From: an uncultured Clostridia bacterium
GTDB lineage: Bacteria; Bacillota; Clostridia; TANB77; CAG-508
NCBI GenBank assembly: GCA_944388935.1
Contig: CALXKK010000004.1
Coordinates: forward strand, 17,732 to 81,731
Length of the DNA: 64,000 bases
Direction of reading: 5' to 3'
Part shown: positions 1 through 10,609 of the stretch, in pieces
Layout of the letters: every line of letters starts with the position of its first letter
Numbering within the stretch: position 1 is the stretch's first letter
The notes under the pieces: generated by a model
What the model was told of the DNA's origin: nothing
Seen by the model: the letters and a program-made list of their open reading frames with translations, nothing else
The model's database searches: none
Program-made: the position numbers and the translations under genes

Positions 1-1
1 T

Positions 2-358
2 CCAGAGGTTAAATTAGAATTCGAAAATCAAGGAATGTATCAAGAATCAAATACCAATAGAGAGATTTGGACTAACCTAATTGAAGATTGCGAAGATGAA
101 GATTTTTTAATTATTGATAAAATTATTAGAAAATCTGAAGCGATGAATATAGAGAAACCTATATATAATGAAGTAGCAAAAAACACTGAAACAGACGAAG
201 AATTTATGATAAATGAAATATGGAAGCAGAAAAAAGTTATGTTATTTTTATCGAATAATTATGAAGATTATATAAAAGCGAAAAAAACCGGATGGAAATG
301 TTTTTGTACAAAAGAAGAATTTGATGTTAATGAGTTTTTGAAATTGATAGAGGTGTAA
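2..358 (+). CDS. 3' end of a larger gene truncated by the window edge (possibly a large helicase-type defence protein)
   Basis: Frame is open from position 2 through ATG35 to TAA358; tightly coupled to the NERD helicase. The product guess is from context only. Confidence 0.5.
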   Translation, partial: PEVKLEFENQGMYQESNTNREIWTNLIEDCEDEDFLIIDKIIRKSEAMNIEKPIYNEVAKNTETDEEFMINEIWKQKKVMLFLSNNYEDYIKAKKTGWKCFCTKEEFDVNEFLKLIEV

Positions 359-361
359 ATT

Positions 362-2077
362 ATGGCTATAATGTACCCAGATAAACCAAAAGAATTTACT
401 GCTAATAGTAAAGAAGATTTAATGTTTGAGGCACTGTCAAAATTGCCCGATACATATTATATTTTTCATTCTTTTAAAATTGTAAATGTAATAGATAATA
501 AAATATATGAAAGTGAAACAGATTTTGTAGTATTTAATCCACAAAAAGGAATTTTATGCATAGAAGCTAAAGCTGGAAATATTAAATATGAAGAAGGAAA
601 ATGGAAATATGGTAGCAATATTATAATGAGTCATGATGGACCATTTCATCAAGCGAGCAACAATAAATGGAAACTAAGCATGCTTATGAGAGAAAATGGA
701 CTTGAGTATATTTTGAAGAAATGTAAATTATTACATGCTGTTTGGTTTCCTTCCATTCCCAAATCTAAGTTTACGGGAATAAATTTACCTCCAGAGGCAG
801 ATTTGAATATTATGTTGACAAGTGAATCAATTAATAATATTGAGGAGGATATTTCTAAAATATTTGATATAAAGTTACCTAATAATGTTGAAACTAATTT
901 AGACTTAAATGAAACAAATTTAATATTAAATAGAATTTTGGCACCACATTTTAATCTTATATCAATTTCGGAAATAAAACTTAATCACAAAAGACAGGTA
1001 TTTAAAAAAATGTTACATGAACAAGTTGCCCTATTAAATTATTTGGAAGAGCAGAATAATGCAATTATAAATGGAATGGCTGGCACTGGCAAAACAGTTA
1101 TGGCGCTAGAAAAAGCAAGGAGACATTCAGTTAATAATGAAAAAGTATTATTTCTTTGTTATAATTATTACTTAAAGGAATATTTAAAAAATAATTATGA
1201 ATATGAAAATGTTGATTTTATGACTATAGATGGATTAGCTTGTAAATTAACAAATTCTTCTAAACCGGATTATGAATCTCTTAATGAAATATTAATTGAA
1301 ATGTATGATAAAGGAACTTTTCCATATAAGCATGTAATTATAGATGAAGGGCAAGATTTTGGTAAATTTAATATAGAAGAAGAGGAAATCTTAGATTTGT
1401 TAAAAGCAAATGTAGTAGATAATGAAAATATAAATGGAACATTTTATCTGTTTTATGATCGAAATCAAATGGTTCAATCATCTAAAATTCCAAACTTTAT
1501 CTTATATGCGGATTGCAAATTGACTTTATATAGAAACTGTAGGAATACAATTAATATAGCAAGGACGTCATTAAGATTTTTAGGAAACAATAAAAATCCA
1601 AAAATGTATGAAGGTGCCTTAATAGGGGAACAAGCAGATATGTATTACGCTACTGATTATGAAGAAGGCGTACATACTTTGAATTATATACTTGATAAGT
1701 TAAACGAAGAAAAATATTCCGATATACAAATATTAACTTGTAAAACTGAAGAAACTAGCTTTTTAAAAGATGAATGCATTGATGGAAAATATTTATATAG
1801 AGGAAGTAAATATTCATTTACTTCATGTAGAAAATATAAAGGTTTAGAAGCAGAGGCTGTTGTTTTAATAGATTTAGATAATAAATTAATGAGAGAAGAA
1901 ATTGAGCAGTTATTATATGTAGGATCATCAAGAGCAAAGTATAAACTTAATATTATCGCAAATTTGAATGAAGATGAATGTGGTTTATTACTTGAAAAAT
2001 ATGGATATAGAAAGGGTAAGAACTTTTATAAATCTTTTGCAACATTATTTAATGCAAGATATAAAACTATAGAATAA
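362..2077 (+). CDS. NERD nuclease domain + SF1 (UvrD/DUF2075-like) helicase
   Basis: N-terminal E-x-D-F...IEAK NERD motif; Walker A GMAGTGKT; IIDEGQD; NCRNT; KGLE; YVGSSRA. Confidence 0.85.
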   Translation: MAIMYPDKPKEFTANSKEDLMFEALSKLPDTYYIFHSFKIVNVIDNKIYESETDFVVFNPQKGILCIEAKAGNIKYEEGKWKYGSNIIMSHDGPFHQASNNKWKLSMLMRENGLEYILKKCKLLHAVWFPSIPKSKFTGINLPPEADLNIMLTSESINNIEEDISKIFDIKLPNNVETNLDLNETNLILNRILAPHFNLISISEIKLNHKRQVFKKMLHEQVALLNYLEEQNNAIINGMAGTGKTVMALEKARRHSVNNEKVLFLCYNYYLKEYLKNNYEYENVDFMTIDGLACKLTNSSKPDYESLNEILIEMYDKGTFPYKHVIIDEGQDFGKFNIEEEEILDLLKANVVDNENINGTFYLFYDRNQMVQSSKIPNFILYADCKLTLYRNCRNTINIARTSLRFLGNNKNPKMYEGALIGEQADMYYATDYEEGVHTLNYILDKLNEEKYSDIQILTCKTEETSFLKDECIDGKYLYRGSKYSFTSCRKYKGLEAEAVVLIDLDNKLMREEIEQLLYVGSSRAKYKLNIIANLNEDECGLLLEKYGYRKGKNFYKSFATLFNARYKTIE

Positions 2078-2124
2078 TTCCAATTTTTATGATAAAATTA
2101 CAAAAAACAAAACGAGGTACAAAA

Positions 2125-3042
2125 ATGACAGAAAAGATAAGACCATTTGTAAAATGGGCAGGAGGAAAAGGAAAATTAATACCACAGCTTAACAATTTTT
2201 ATCCATACGAATTAAAAAATGGAATAATAGAAAGATACATAGAACCATTTGTAGGTGGAGGAGCTGTATTAATAGATATATTACAAAAATATAACGTAAA
2301 AGAAGCATATGCTTTTGATATAAATTTAGATTTAATAAATTCATATAATGTCATAAAAAACAATGTGGAAGAATTAATAACAAATTTACAACAAATAGAA
2401 ACAAAATTTGCACAAGTAGAACCAGAAAAAAGGCAAGATTATTTTTATCATATAAGGGACATGTATAATAGCTATACTTTAGAGAAAGACGAGCAAAATG
2501 CTGAAAGAACAGCTCAATTTATATTTTTAAATAGGACATGTTTTAATGGACTATATAGAGTTAATAAAAGTGGAAAATTTAATGTTCCATTTGGCAAATA
2601 TAAAAATCCTACAATATGCGATGAAGAAAATTTAAGAAACTTAGCAAAACTAATTAAAAATGTACAATTTTTATATGGAGATTATTCAAAATGTTTGGAT
2701 TATGTTACGCAAAATACTTTTGTGTATTTTGATCCTCCATATAGACCATTAAATGTGACATCAGGATTTACATCATATACAAAAGAAGATTTTGATGATA
2801 ATAATCAAAAAGAATTGGGTGAATTTTATAGAAAATTGAATAACAAACATGCAAAATTAATGTTAAGTAATTCAAATCCAAAAAATGTAAATAAAAACGA
2901 TACTTTTTTTGATAACATATATAAAGGGTTTAATATTAATGAAATATATGCTAGCAGGATGATAAATGCTGATGGGAAAGGAAGAGGAAAGATTTCCGAA
3001 ATATTAGTAACAAATTATAATGTTAATAATGGTGATTTATAA
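2125..3042 (+). CDS. dpnM: Dam-family N6-adenine DNA methyltransferase (DpnM/M1.DpnII-like, GATC)
   Basis: KWAGGK, YIEPFVGGG, FNGLYRVN, DPPY; GAGG RBS before ATG2125; first gene of the DpnII-type operon. Confidence 0.9.
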   Translation: MTEKIRPFVKWAGGKGKLIPQLNNFYPYELKNGIIERYIEPFVGGGAVLIDILQKYNVKEAYAFDINLDLINSYNVIKNNVEELITNLQQIETKFAQVEPEKRQDYFYHIRDMYNSYTLEKDEQNAERTAQFIFLNRTCFNGLYRVNKSGKFNVPFGKYKNPTICDEENLRNLAKLIKNVQFLYGDYSKCLDYVTQNTFVYFDPPYRPLNVTSGFTSYTKEDFDDNNQKELGEFYRKLNNKHAKLMLSNSNPKNVNKNDTFFDNIYKGFNINEIYASRMINADGKGRGKISEILVTNYNVNNGDL

Positions 3043-3046
3043 GATA

Positions 3047-3829
3047 ATGTATACAGGTAGATATTATTTTAACGAAAGTCAATTTAAATTAATTAAAGGA
3101 GACACATTTAGAGTTTTAAAAAAGTTTGAAGATAAATCAATAGATACTATATTTGCTGATCCACCATATTTCTTGTCAAACAATGGAATAACATGTAGTG
3201 GTGGTAGGATGGTAACAGTTAATAAAGGAAAATGGGATGAAGCTACATCTTTAAAATATAAACATAATTTTAATAAAAAATGGATAAAAGAATGTTATAG
3301 AATATTGAAAGATAGTGGAACTATTTGGGTTAGCGGAACATTACATAATATTTATTCTATTGGAATGGCGTTGGAAGAAAATGAATTTAAAATATTAAAT
3401 AACATAACATGGCAAAAAACAAATCCACCACCAAATTTGGCTTGTAAAACATTTACTCATTCTACAGAGACAATTTTATGGGCTAGAAAAAATATAAAAA
3501 AATGCAAATATAAATTTAATTATAAACTAATGAAAGAGATGAACAATGGAAAACAAATGAAGGATGTTTGGACAACAAGCTTAACCAAACCATCAGAGAA
3601 AAAATGTGGAAAACATCCCACACAAAAACCATTAGAAATACTAGAGAGAATAATACTGGCATCAACAGATGAAAATGATATAATTTTAGACCCTTTTAGT
3701 GGAAGTGGAACAAGTGGAATTGCAGCATACAAATTAGGAAGAAATTTTATTGGAATAGAAAAAGAAAAACCATATTTAGATTTATCAATAAAAAGATATG
3801 AAGAATTAAAGGAGAAATTAAATGAGTAG
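3047..3829 (+). CDS. dpnA: beta-class DNA methyltransferase (DpnA/M2.DpnII-like)
   Basis: FADPPYFLSN, HPTQKP, DPFSGSGTS; lies between dpnM and dpnB. Confidence 0.9.
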   Translation: MYTGRYYFNESQFKLIKGDTFRVLKKFEDKSIDTIFADPPYFLSNNGITCSGGRMVTVNKGKWDEATSLKYKHNFNKKWIKECYRILKDSGTIWVSGTLHNIYSIGMALEENEFKILNNITWQKTNPPPNLACKTFTHSTETILWARKNIKKCKYKFNYKLMKEMNNGKQMKDVWTTSLTKPSEKKCGKHPTQKPLEILERIILASTDENDIILDPFSGSGTSGIAAYKLGRNFIGIEKEKPYLDLSIKRYEELKEKLNE

Positions 3830-4679
3830 AAATTTTGAAGAGTGGTTGGGAAATTTTAAATTTAGTATTTCAGGATACAAATATTATATTGATTTTGAAA
3901 AGGTTTATAGAAATGTAGATAATATAAAAATAGAATTAAATATTTTAAATTCACTTATTGGAAGTAAGAATATAGAAAAAGATTTCGAAAATATATTAAA
4001 TAAATATCCAGAAACGTTAAAGTGCATACCTATTTTGCTTGCGGTAAGACAGATGGAAATTTATGCTCAGGATGAAGATGGAGCATTTACTTATAATTTT
4101 AAAAAGCAAAATTATAGTATAGCACAGTATAAAGTTTTTATGAGAAAAACAGGCTTATTCGATTTGTTAGAAAATCATATAGTAAATAATTTAGTAGATT
4201 ATTGCTTAGGAGTAGAAACTGGCTTAGATTCAAACGGTAGAAAAAATCGTGGTGGACATCAAATGGAAGACCTTGTTGAATCTTATATAAAGAAGTCAAA
4301 TGTAAAAGAATATTATAAAGAAATGTACTTAACAGATATCGAAAAGAAATGGAATGTTGATTTATCAGCAATATCCGGAAATGGTACATCAACTAAAAGA
4401 TTTGACTTTGTTGTAAAAACAGAGAATATGATATATGTAATAGAAACCAACTTTTATGGGGGAAATGGTGGCGGTTCGAAATTAAATGAAACTGCCAGAA
4501 GCTATAAAATGATTTCACAGGAAGCTGATATGATAGATGGTGTTACATTTGTATGGTTTACAGATGGGACTGCGTGGAGAAGTGCAAGAAGAAATTTGGA
4601 AGAAACATTTAATGTAATGGATAATATATATAATATCAATGATATGGAAAATGGAATAATGAATGAAATATTTAAATAA
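3822..4679 (+). CDS. dpnB: DpnII-family type II restriction endonuclease
   Basis: GVETGLDSNGRKNRGG, KRFDFV, IETNFY, GSKLNETARSY, FVWFTDG are typical of the DpnII/MboI family. Confidence 0.9.
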   Translation: MSRNFEEWLGNFKFSISGYKYYIDFEKVYRNVDNIKIELNILNSLIGSKNIEKDFENILNKYPETLKCIPILLAVRQMEIYAQDEDGAFTYNFKKQNYSIAQYKVFMRKTGLFDLLENHIVNNLVDYCLGVETGLDSNGRKNRGGHQMEDLVESYIKKSNVKEYYKEMYLTDIEKKWNVDLSAISGNGTSTKRFDFVVKTENMIYVIETNFYGGNGGGSKLNETARSYKMISQEADMIDGVTFVWFTDGTAWRSARRNLEETFNVMDNIYNINDMENGIMNEIFK

Positions 4680-4699
4680 AGAAAGAGAAGAATTAATAA

Positions 4700-5232
4700 A
4701 TGGAGATATTAGAAGGTAGTAAATATAGAAATAACAATACTCAAAAATCTATTATGGATATTAAAATAGATGATAATTATACAATATATGTGTTTCAAGG
4801 TAATATATCAAAAAATGATATATTAATAAAATATAGTAAAAATGGAAAAAGAATGAGAACACCAAAGCACATACATTGGGTAATAGATATACTATTAAAA
4901 GAACAAAAAAATCATAATGATGTTATTAAGTTTATACAATGTATGCAAAAGTTATGAAATGAAATTATAGGGTTACAAAGTAATGATTTTATTACATTAA
5001 GTAATACTATAATAAAATATAAAAATAAGATTGATAAACAAATATCAACTTTAAAATTAGAGGGTGGAGAATATCCAGTTAATTTTGTTTTAATTTTAAT
5101 GATATTATTAATGCTTCAAGAGAAAACAAATAGACCAGATGCATACTTATTTAAACGAATTCTTGATGAATTATTAAAAGATAATATGGATATTTTTTCA
5201 ATTGTAAGTACATCAACTTTTAGAGGAAGATA
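4700..5232 (+). pseudogene. Hypothetical protein (~177 codons) interrupted by an in-frame TGA at 4955-4957
   Basis: The frame continues without stops after the TGA (NEIIGLQ...LQEKTNRPDAYLFKR...TFRGR) to TAA5230-5232. Confidence 0.7.
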
Positions 5233-5255
5233 AAAATTAAATGTATAAATAAATT

Positions 5256-5291
5256 GGGGGCAACTTATAGTAGTTGTCTCTTTTTGTTTTT
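5256..5291 (+). terminator. Intrinsic terminator-like hairpin
   Basis: GGGGCAACT-tatagt-AGTTGTCTC followed by a T run; also retained in the decayed copy near 16427-16460. Confidence 0.55.
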
Positions 5292-5304
5292 TAGGAGGGA
5301 TAAT

Positions 5305-6033
5305 TTGGAATATAAACCAAAACAATTTAAATTAGAGGATACAACAATATGGAAATTTAAAGAAAGGGGTAATTGGGCAACTCACAAAGGTGATTATAGA
5401 GGAAATTGTCCACCGCAAGTTCCAAGAAACTTAATTTTAAAATATACAAAAGAAGGTGATATTGTATTAGATACATTCTGTGGAAGCGGAACGACATTAA
5501 TAGAAACTAAATTATTAAACCGAAAAGGTGTAGGGATAGATGTAAATGTAAAAGCACTAAGAATATCTAAGGAACGATTAAATTTTAAAAGTAACAATTT
5601 ATACGAACCAAAGTTAATAAAAGCAGATTCAACTAATTTAAGAGGAATAGTTCCAAATAAGTGCATAGATTTTATATTTGCTCATCCACCATATGCTAAC
5701 ATTATTAAATATAGTGATAATATCAAAGAAGATTTATCAAGATTAGATGTAAACGATTTTTTAAATCAAATTAAATTATTTTCAATGGAATGTTTTAGGA
5801 TCTTAAAGAAAGATAAGTATTGTGCAGTTTTAATAGGAGATATCAGAAAAAATAAAAATATTATTCCATTAGGATTTTATATCATGAATATTTTTAATCA
5901 AACAGGTTTCACTTTAAAAGAAATAATTATAAAAGAGCAACATAATTGCAAAAAAACAGATTATTGGAGACAAAATAAAAATAGGGATTTTTATCTGTTA
6001 GCTCATGAGTATATATTTGTGTTGAAAAAATAG
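5305..6033 (+). CDS. Additional DNA (N4/N6) methyltransferase, TRM11-like fold
   Basis: WATHKGDYRGN, DTFCGSGTT, AHPPY, HEYIFV; TTG start after AGGAGG (the decayed copy has ATG at the equivalent site). Confidence 0.8.
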   Translation: MEYKPKQFKLEDTTIWKFKERGNWATHKGDYRGNCPPQVPRNLILKYTKEGDIVLDTFCGSGTTLIETKLLNRKGVGIDVNVKALRISKERLNFKSNNLYEPKLIKADSTNLRGIVPNKCIDFIFAHPPYANIIKYSDNIKEDLSRLDVNDFLNQIKLFSMECFRILKKDKYCAVLIGDIRKNKNIIPLGFYIMNIFNQTGFTLKEIIIKEQHNCKKTDYWRQNKNRDFYLLAHEYIFVLKK

Positions 6034-6093
6034 TAAAAAAAATAGTAAAATAATTTTGAAAAAAGAGATTTAATGATAGGGAGGTGCTTTTTA

Positions 6094-6843
6094 ATGATTT
6101 ACATTACAGGAGATACTCACAGTGATTTTTCAAGATTTGATGTTGATAAATTTCCTATCCAAGAGGAAATGACTGAAAATGATTATATTATTATATGTGG
6201 CGACTTTGGAGGAATATGGAATTACTTAGTAGAAAGTTCATATGAAAAACATTGGTTAGATTGGCTAAATGAAAGAAATTTTACTACATTATTTATAGAT
6301 GGAAACCACGAAAATTTTACGAGATTATATAAATATCCAGTAGAAGAATGGCATGGAGGTAAAGTACATAAAATAAGAGATTCAGTATTACATTTAATGC
6401 GTGGAGAAATATTTGATATAGATAATAAAAGATTTTTTGCATTTGGTGGGGCTAAATCTCATGATATACAAGATGGAATATTAAATTTAGATGAAGAAGA
6501 AAAAATATATGCTTATAGGAAAAAAAGAGCTTTTTTCAGAATAAGAGATTTTTCTTGGTGGGATTTAGAATTGCCAACCAAAGAAGAGATGAAAAGAGGA
6601 ATAAGAAATTTAGAAAAAGTAAATTATAAGGTGGATTATATTATAACCCATTGTTGTCCTACAAGTGTACAAGCCTTACTTAGCGGAGGATTATATAAAA
6701 AAGATTATTTAACAGATTATCTACAACAAGTATCAGAAAAATGCATATTTAAGAAATGGTATTTTGGTCATTATCATGATAATAAGCAAATAGATTCAAG
6801 ATATATATTACTTTATAAGGATATTGTACCATTGGAATATTAA
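6094..6843 (+). CDS. Calcineurin-like metallophosphoesterase
   Basis: GDTH, CGDFG, DGNHEN, THCCP, GHYH motifs; GGAGG RBS. Confidence 0.9.
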   Translation: MIYITGDTHSDFSRFDVDKFPIQEEMTENDYIIICGDFGGIWNYLVESSYEKHWLDWLNERNFTTLFIDGNHENFTRLYKYPVEEWHGGKVHKIRDSVLHLMRGEIFDIDNKRFFAFGGAKSHDIQDGILNLDEEEKIYAYRKKRAFFRIRDFSWWDLELPTKEEMKRGIRNLEKVNYKVDYIITHCCPTSVQALLSGGLYKKDYLTDYLQQVSEKCIFKKWYFGHYHDNKQIDSRYILLYKDIVPLEY

Positions 6844-7027
6844 AATATATGTACTATTTTTGATTTGACTCACAAATAAAATATTTTTTTGGATTTGTTT
6901 AGAAGAGGAAAATTAAGTGAAGGAATAATAAATAGCATTTATGTGAAAAGTGAAAAAATTGCAAAATGCATGGATTTAATATATAATGTCAACACAGGAA
7001 GATATTTGTAAAAAAATACACAAAGAG

Positions 7028-7073
7028 TCATTTTATGACCAAGACATTTTACAAAAGAATAAAAACTTATAAT
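7028..7073 (+). promoter_or_regulatory. Promoter with TCA-N5-TGACCA box upstream of the helicase/ATPase module
   Basis: GTCA-tttta-TGAC palindrome at 7027-7039, TTTACA at 7048, TATAAT at 7068 (spacing non-canonical). Confidence 0.45.
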
Positions 7074-7112
7074 AAGATAGAATAAATATAAATAAAATTG
7101 TGGGTGGAAATA

Positions 7113-10100
7113 ATGAAAGAAGCAATAGAAAAACTAAAAATTATTCCTAAAGATTATAATTTTAAATACAGTAAAACAATTCAAAAATTTAAGAAAGTAA
7201 TTAAACTTGTTAATATTATGGATGTAAAAATAGAAGATATAAGAAAATATTCTAAAATAGATTATGAAGAAACTTTAAAACTTATAGACGAATTAACTTT
7301 TCGTGGTTTTAGTTTTTCGTCAAATAATAAACATACTATACTTCCATCTTTCAAAATTAATGAAAATGAAGGATATTATATTAATGTAAAGGAGAATTTA
7401 AACAGATTTAATGATATTAACTATAGTTTTATGGGGTTACCAAATTTAAATAAATTATTTGAAATAGACAATGATTGCTTCTTTAATTATATACAACTAG
7501 AATCATTTAAATATTTTAATAAAAATATTGATTTAAATTTACTAAAAAAATATTTTGAAGAATTGGGATTTACATTATTTCCTATAAATAATGCAAAAGA
7601 CATTAATAACAAAATTATTGTAACCAAAGATTTATATATAAAAAAATTTTTAGAAAGTAAGAATATTACAACCTATGGAGAATTATCTAGACTAAATAAA
7701 AATGAGTTATTACTTATTAAATCTACTGGACCAAGAAGAATAGAAAAATTTATAAAAGAATTAGAAGAAAAAACAATAATTATAAAACCGAATAATAATT
7801 TTACAGCATCAAAAAAAATTACAGAATTAAAGCTTTCAAAAAAATTTTTAAAATATTGTGCTTCCAATAAATTCATATATTTATTTCAAATTAATAATCT
7901 TGATTTTTTAATATTGTTGTTAAAACAAAAGATAACAATGAGTGATATAAAAACATTACTTTCACAAAGTATAAAAAATCAGTCAACAGAAAAAATAAAG
8001 GAAGTTAATAGTTTTAACGGTATTATGTCAGAAGTAAAATATAATAAAACAAAAGATATTCTTGTAGATGTGATAAATAATTATAAAATGAAGGATATAA
8101 AACAGTTTGATTATAAAATATTCTTTAAATATAGGTTAACATCAGATATTGCGGAAGATATTACTAAAATTTTAGTAGAAAATAATTATATATTTCATAA
8201 TGAAATATTACCAATTTATCAGTTTAATAAAAAGAAAAAAGTAGTAGATTTCTTCAAAAAAAAATCAGAGCAAAATATACTAGATGAAATGACAAAAGAT
8301 GGAATTGTTTATATATCAGATTTAGTTGATACTAATTTATTAAAATATGTATTAAATTATGCTGATTCTACTAGGCTCTATGATTTTATAAAAAAAGTTT
8401 TTGTTATAAGACAATTAGAGTATTTTGATTTTAAATCTTTAAAGACCATAGATAAAGAAATATACGAGTACTTATTAGACGAAAATATTAACTCTTTAGA
8501 AGAAATAGATTTTATGGAATTATTTAAAAAATTTGATAACAAGAAATTTACAAATTTAATTAATCATATAGATAAGAAGTATATGGGTATTAATTTTTCT
8601 TTATACATTTATAAGAAATTGTTTGAGTTAAAGCAAAAAGAAGATGTAGAAAATATACTATATCGAACAATTATAAACAATGAAACTTTAGAAAGTATAG
8701 GCACAAAAATGGGAGTGACTAAAGAAAGAATTCGCCAAAGAAGGGATAAAGTAAAGGAAACATTTAATGAATATGTGGATTTTTTAGCTAATTATTTAAA
8801 AGATAAGTATGCAAATCAAAAATATTTTGATTTAAATTCATTAGATGAAATTTATAAAGATGATGATGCAATTGTTATAGAAGAATTGCTTAAAGACAAA
8901 GGTCTGGGTTATATAGAGGAATTAGATGTTTTTGTATTTTATAAGGCTGACCAAATTATAAAGATTTATAATAATATTATGCAGGAATTAGGGGATATAT
9001 TTGATTATTCAGAACAAATAGAAAATATAGATAATATACTAGAAGAATACGATATTGATTTTTTACCTATAGAATATTTTGAATATTTTCTTAAAATAAA
9101 TGATTATAAATTAATAAATAATATTTATTGCAAAAAGGATACAAAAGTAGCTTTATTTGATTATACAATGAGAAAATATTATAAAAATAAATTTTACATA
9201 GATGATGATTTTATAAGTGGGTTAATTAATAAAATACATAAAATATTCGGGAAAAAATTAGTTTTCTCTGAAAATCCACACAATATAAAATCGATATTAT
9301 TAAGAGATGAAGATATAATTTTATGTGGTAATAATAGATATATACATATTATAAATGTAAAGCTAAATAAACATTTAATGAAAAATATTAACAAAAGATT
9401 ACATGATTTATTAGAAGAAAAAGAAAATGTTTTTATAAAAAGTTTATATGAAGAATACAAAGAGGACCTATTAAAAACTACATCAATCGATAATGAAATT
9501 TTCTTATATGGGATTATAAGACATTTTTACAAGGAAGAATTCAGTTTTAATAGATTTAATATATCAAAAAATAGCAAAAACCATTATTCTAAAATCGAAA
9601 AAATTGAAAAATTCGTACAGAAATTAAATATACCTATAAAAAAAGAAGAATTACAAGAAAAATTTGATTTGTCAAAAGATCTTATAAATAACATTATGGA
9701 AATATCAGAAAATTTATATTATTGTGATAAAAATACTAAAATTGCAAATATAAATAATTTGAATTTATCCAAAAAATTAGAAAACAAAATGTTAACTAAA
9801 ATTAACGAATCAATAAAGAATGGTTTTGTTTCTACACGTAATTTATATAAAAATATGGAATTAGATTTCATAGAGGCAGGAATTTTAGATAGTGATACTT
9901 TGTATAATATTTTAAAATTAAAATATAATAAAGATTTTAATTACAAGAAACCATACATAGTTAGATTAGATATTGATATAAATAAATTTGATGAAAATTA
10001 TGTTAGAGATAAATATTTTGAAAATTATGATTATATATACAGAGATGATTTTGTTAAGTTTATTGATGAAATGCAATATAAAGCTAGTGTAGCTAATAAT

Positions 10101-10607
10101 GTAATAAAGCAACTGCAAGAATATTTTTTTCAAATTGATATAGATACATATATAAAACCTAATAGTTTTAAAGTAACTGGAGAACAGTTAAATGAAATAA
10201 GAGAATTTTTAGAGAGAAAATTTGAGAATCAAGCTTTTATTGTTTTAAAAGAAATAGAAGCAGATATGAAAAAATTGCCACAAATTAATAGTTATGAATG
10301 GAATCAATATTTTATGAAATCAATTATAAATGAATATTTAAGCGATGATTATATAGAAATATCTAGAGAGGGTATATCTTGGAAATATTATATGCCGATA
10401 TTTGTAAAAAGAAATACTGAAATAGAAAGTTTGAACGATTTGATTATTGACCTAATACTAAAGAAAAATAGGAAAAGATTTATCGATTTTGATGAATTAA
10501 GAAAAATATTAATACAAAATAATTTAATATTTAAGACTATTCCAAGAGATTTTTTTAGAGATGATAGAATTATTTTTGAAAATAATGTTATAAAGATTAA
10601 GGAGTAA
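7113..10607 (+). CDS. Large protein with RNAP alpha-CTD-like repeats and a sigma-70 region-4-like HTH
   Basis: LESKNITTYGELSRLNKNELLLIKSTGPRRIEKF (alphaCTD/HhH-like) and ETLESIGTKMGVTKERIRQ (sigma4-like); coupled to the downstream helicase. Confidence 0.65.
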   Translation: MKEAIEKLKIIPKDYNFKYSKTIQKFKKVIKLVNIMDVKIEDIRKYSKIDYEETLKLIDELTFRGFSFSSNNKHTILPSFKINENEGYYINVKENLNRFNDINYSFMGLPNLNKLFEIDNDCFFNYIQLESFKYFNKNIDLNLLKKYFEELGFTLFPINNAKDINNKIIVTKDLYIKKFLESKNITTYGELSRLNKNELLLIKSTGPRRIEKFIKELEEKTIIIKPNNNFTASKKITELKLSKKFLKYCASNKFIYLFQINNLDFLILLLKQKITMSDIKTLLSQSIKNQSTEKIKEVNSFNGIMSEVKYNKTKDILVDVINNYKMKDIKQFDYKIFFKYRLTSDIAEDITKILVENNYIFHNEILPIYQFNKKKKVVDFFKKKSEQNILDEMTKDGIVYISDLVDTNLLKYVLNYADSTRLYDFIKKVFVIRQLEYFDFKSLKTIDKEIYEYLLDENINSLEEIDFMELFKKFDNKKFTNLINHIDKKYMGINFSLYIYKKLFELKQKEDVENILYRTIINNETLESIGTKMGVTKERIRQRRDKVKETFNEYVDFLANYLKDKYANQKYFDLNSLDEIYKDDDAIVIEELLKDKGLGYIEELDVFVFYKADQIIKIYNNIMQELGDIFDYSEQIENIDNILEEYDIDFLPIEYFEYFLKINDYKLINNIYCKKDTKVALFDYTMRKYYKNKFYIDDDFISGLINKIHKIFGKKLVFSENPHNIKSILLRDEDIILCGNNRYIHIINVKLNKHLMKNINKRLHDLLEEKENVFIKSLYEEYKEDLLKTTSIDNEIFLYGIIRHFYKEEFSFNRFNISKNSKNHYSKIEKIEKFVQKLNIPIKKEELQEKFDLSKDLINNIMEISENLYYCDKNTKIANINNLNLSKKLENKMLTKINESIKNGFVSTRNLYKNMELDFIEAGILDSDTLYNILKLKYNKDFNYKKPYIVRLDIDINKFDENYVRDKYFENYDYIYRDDFVKFIDEMQYKASVANNVIKQLQEYFFQIDIDTYIKPNSFKVTGEQLNEIREFLERKFENQAFIVLKEIEADMKKLPQINSYEWNQYFMKSIINEYLSDDYIEISREGISWKYYMPIFVKRNTEIESLNDLIIDLILKKNRKRFIDFDELRKILIQNNLIFKTIPRDFFRDDRIIFENNVIKIKE

Positions 10608-10609
10608 GC

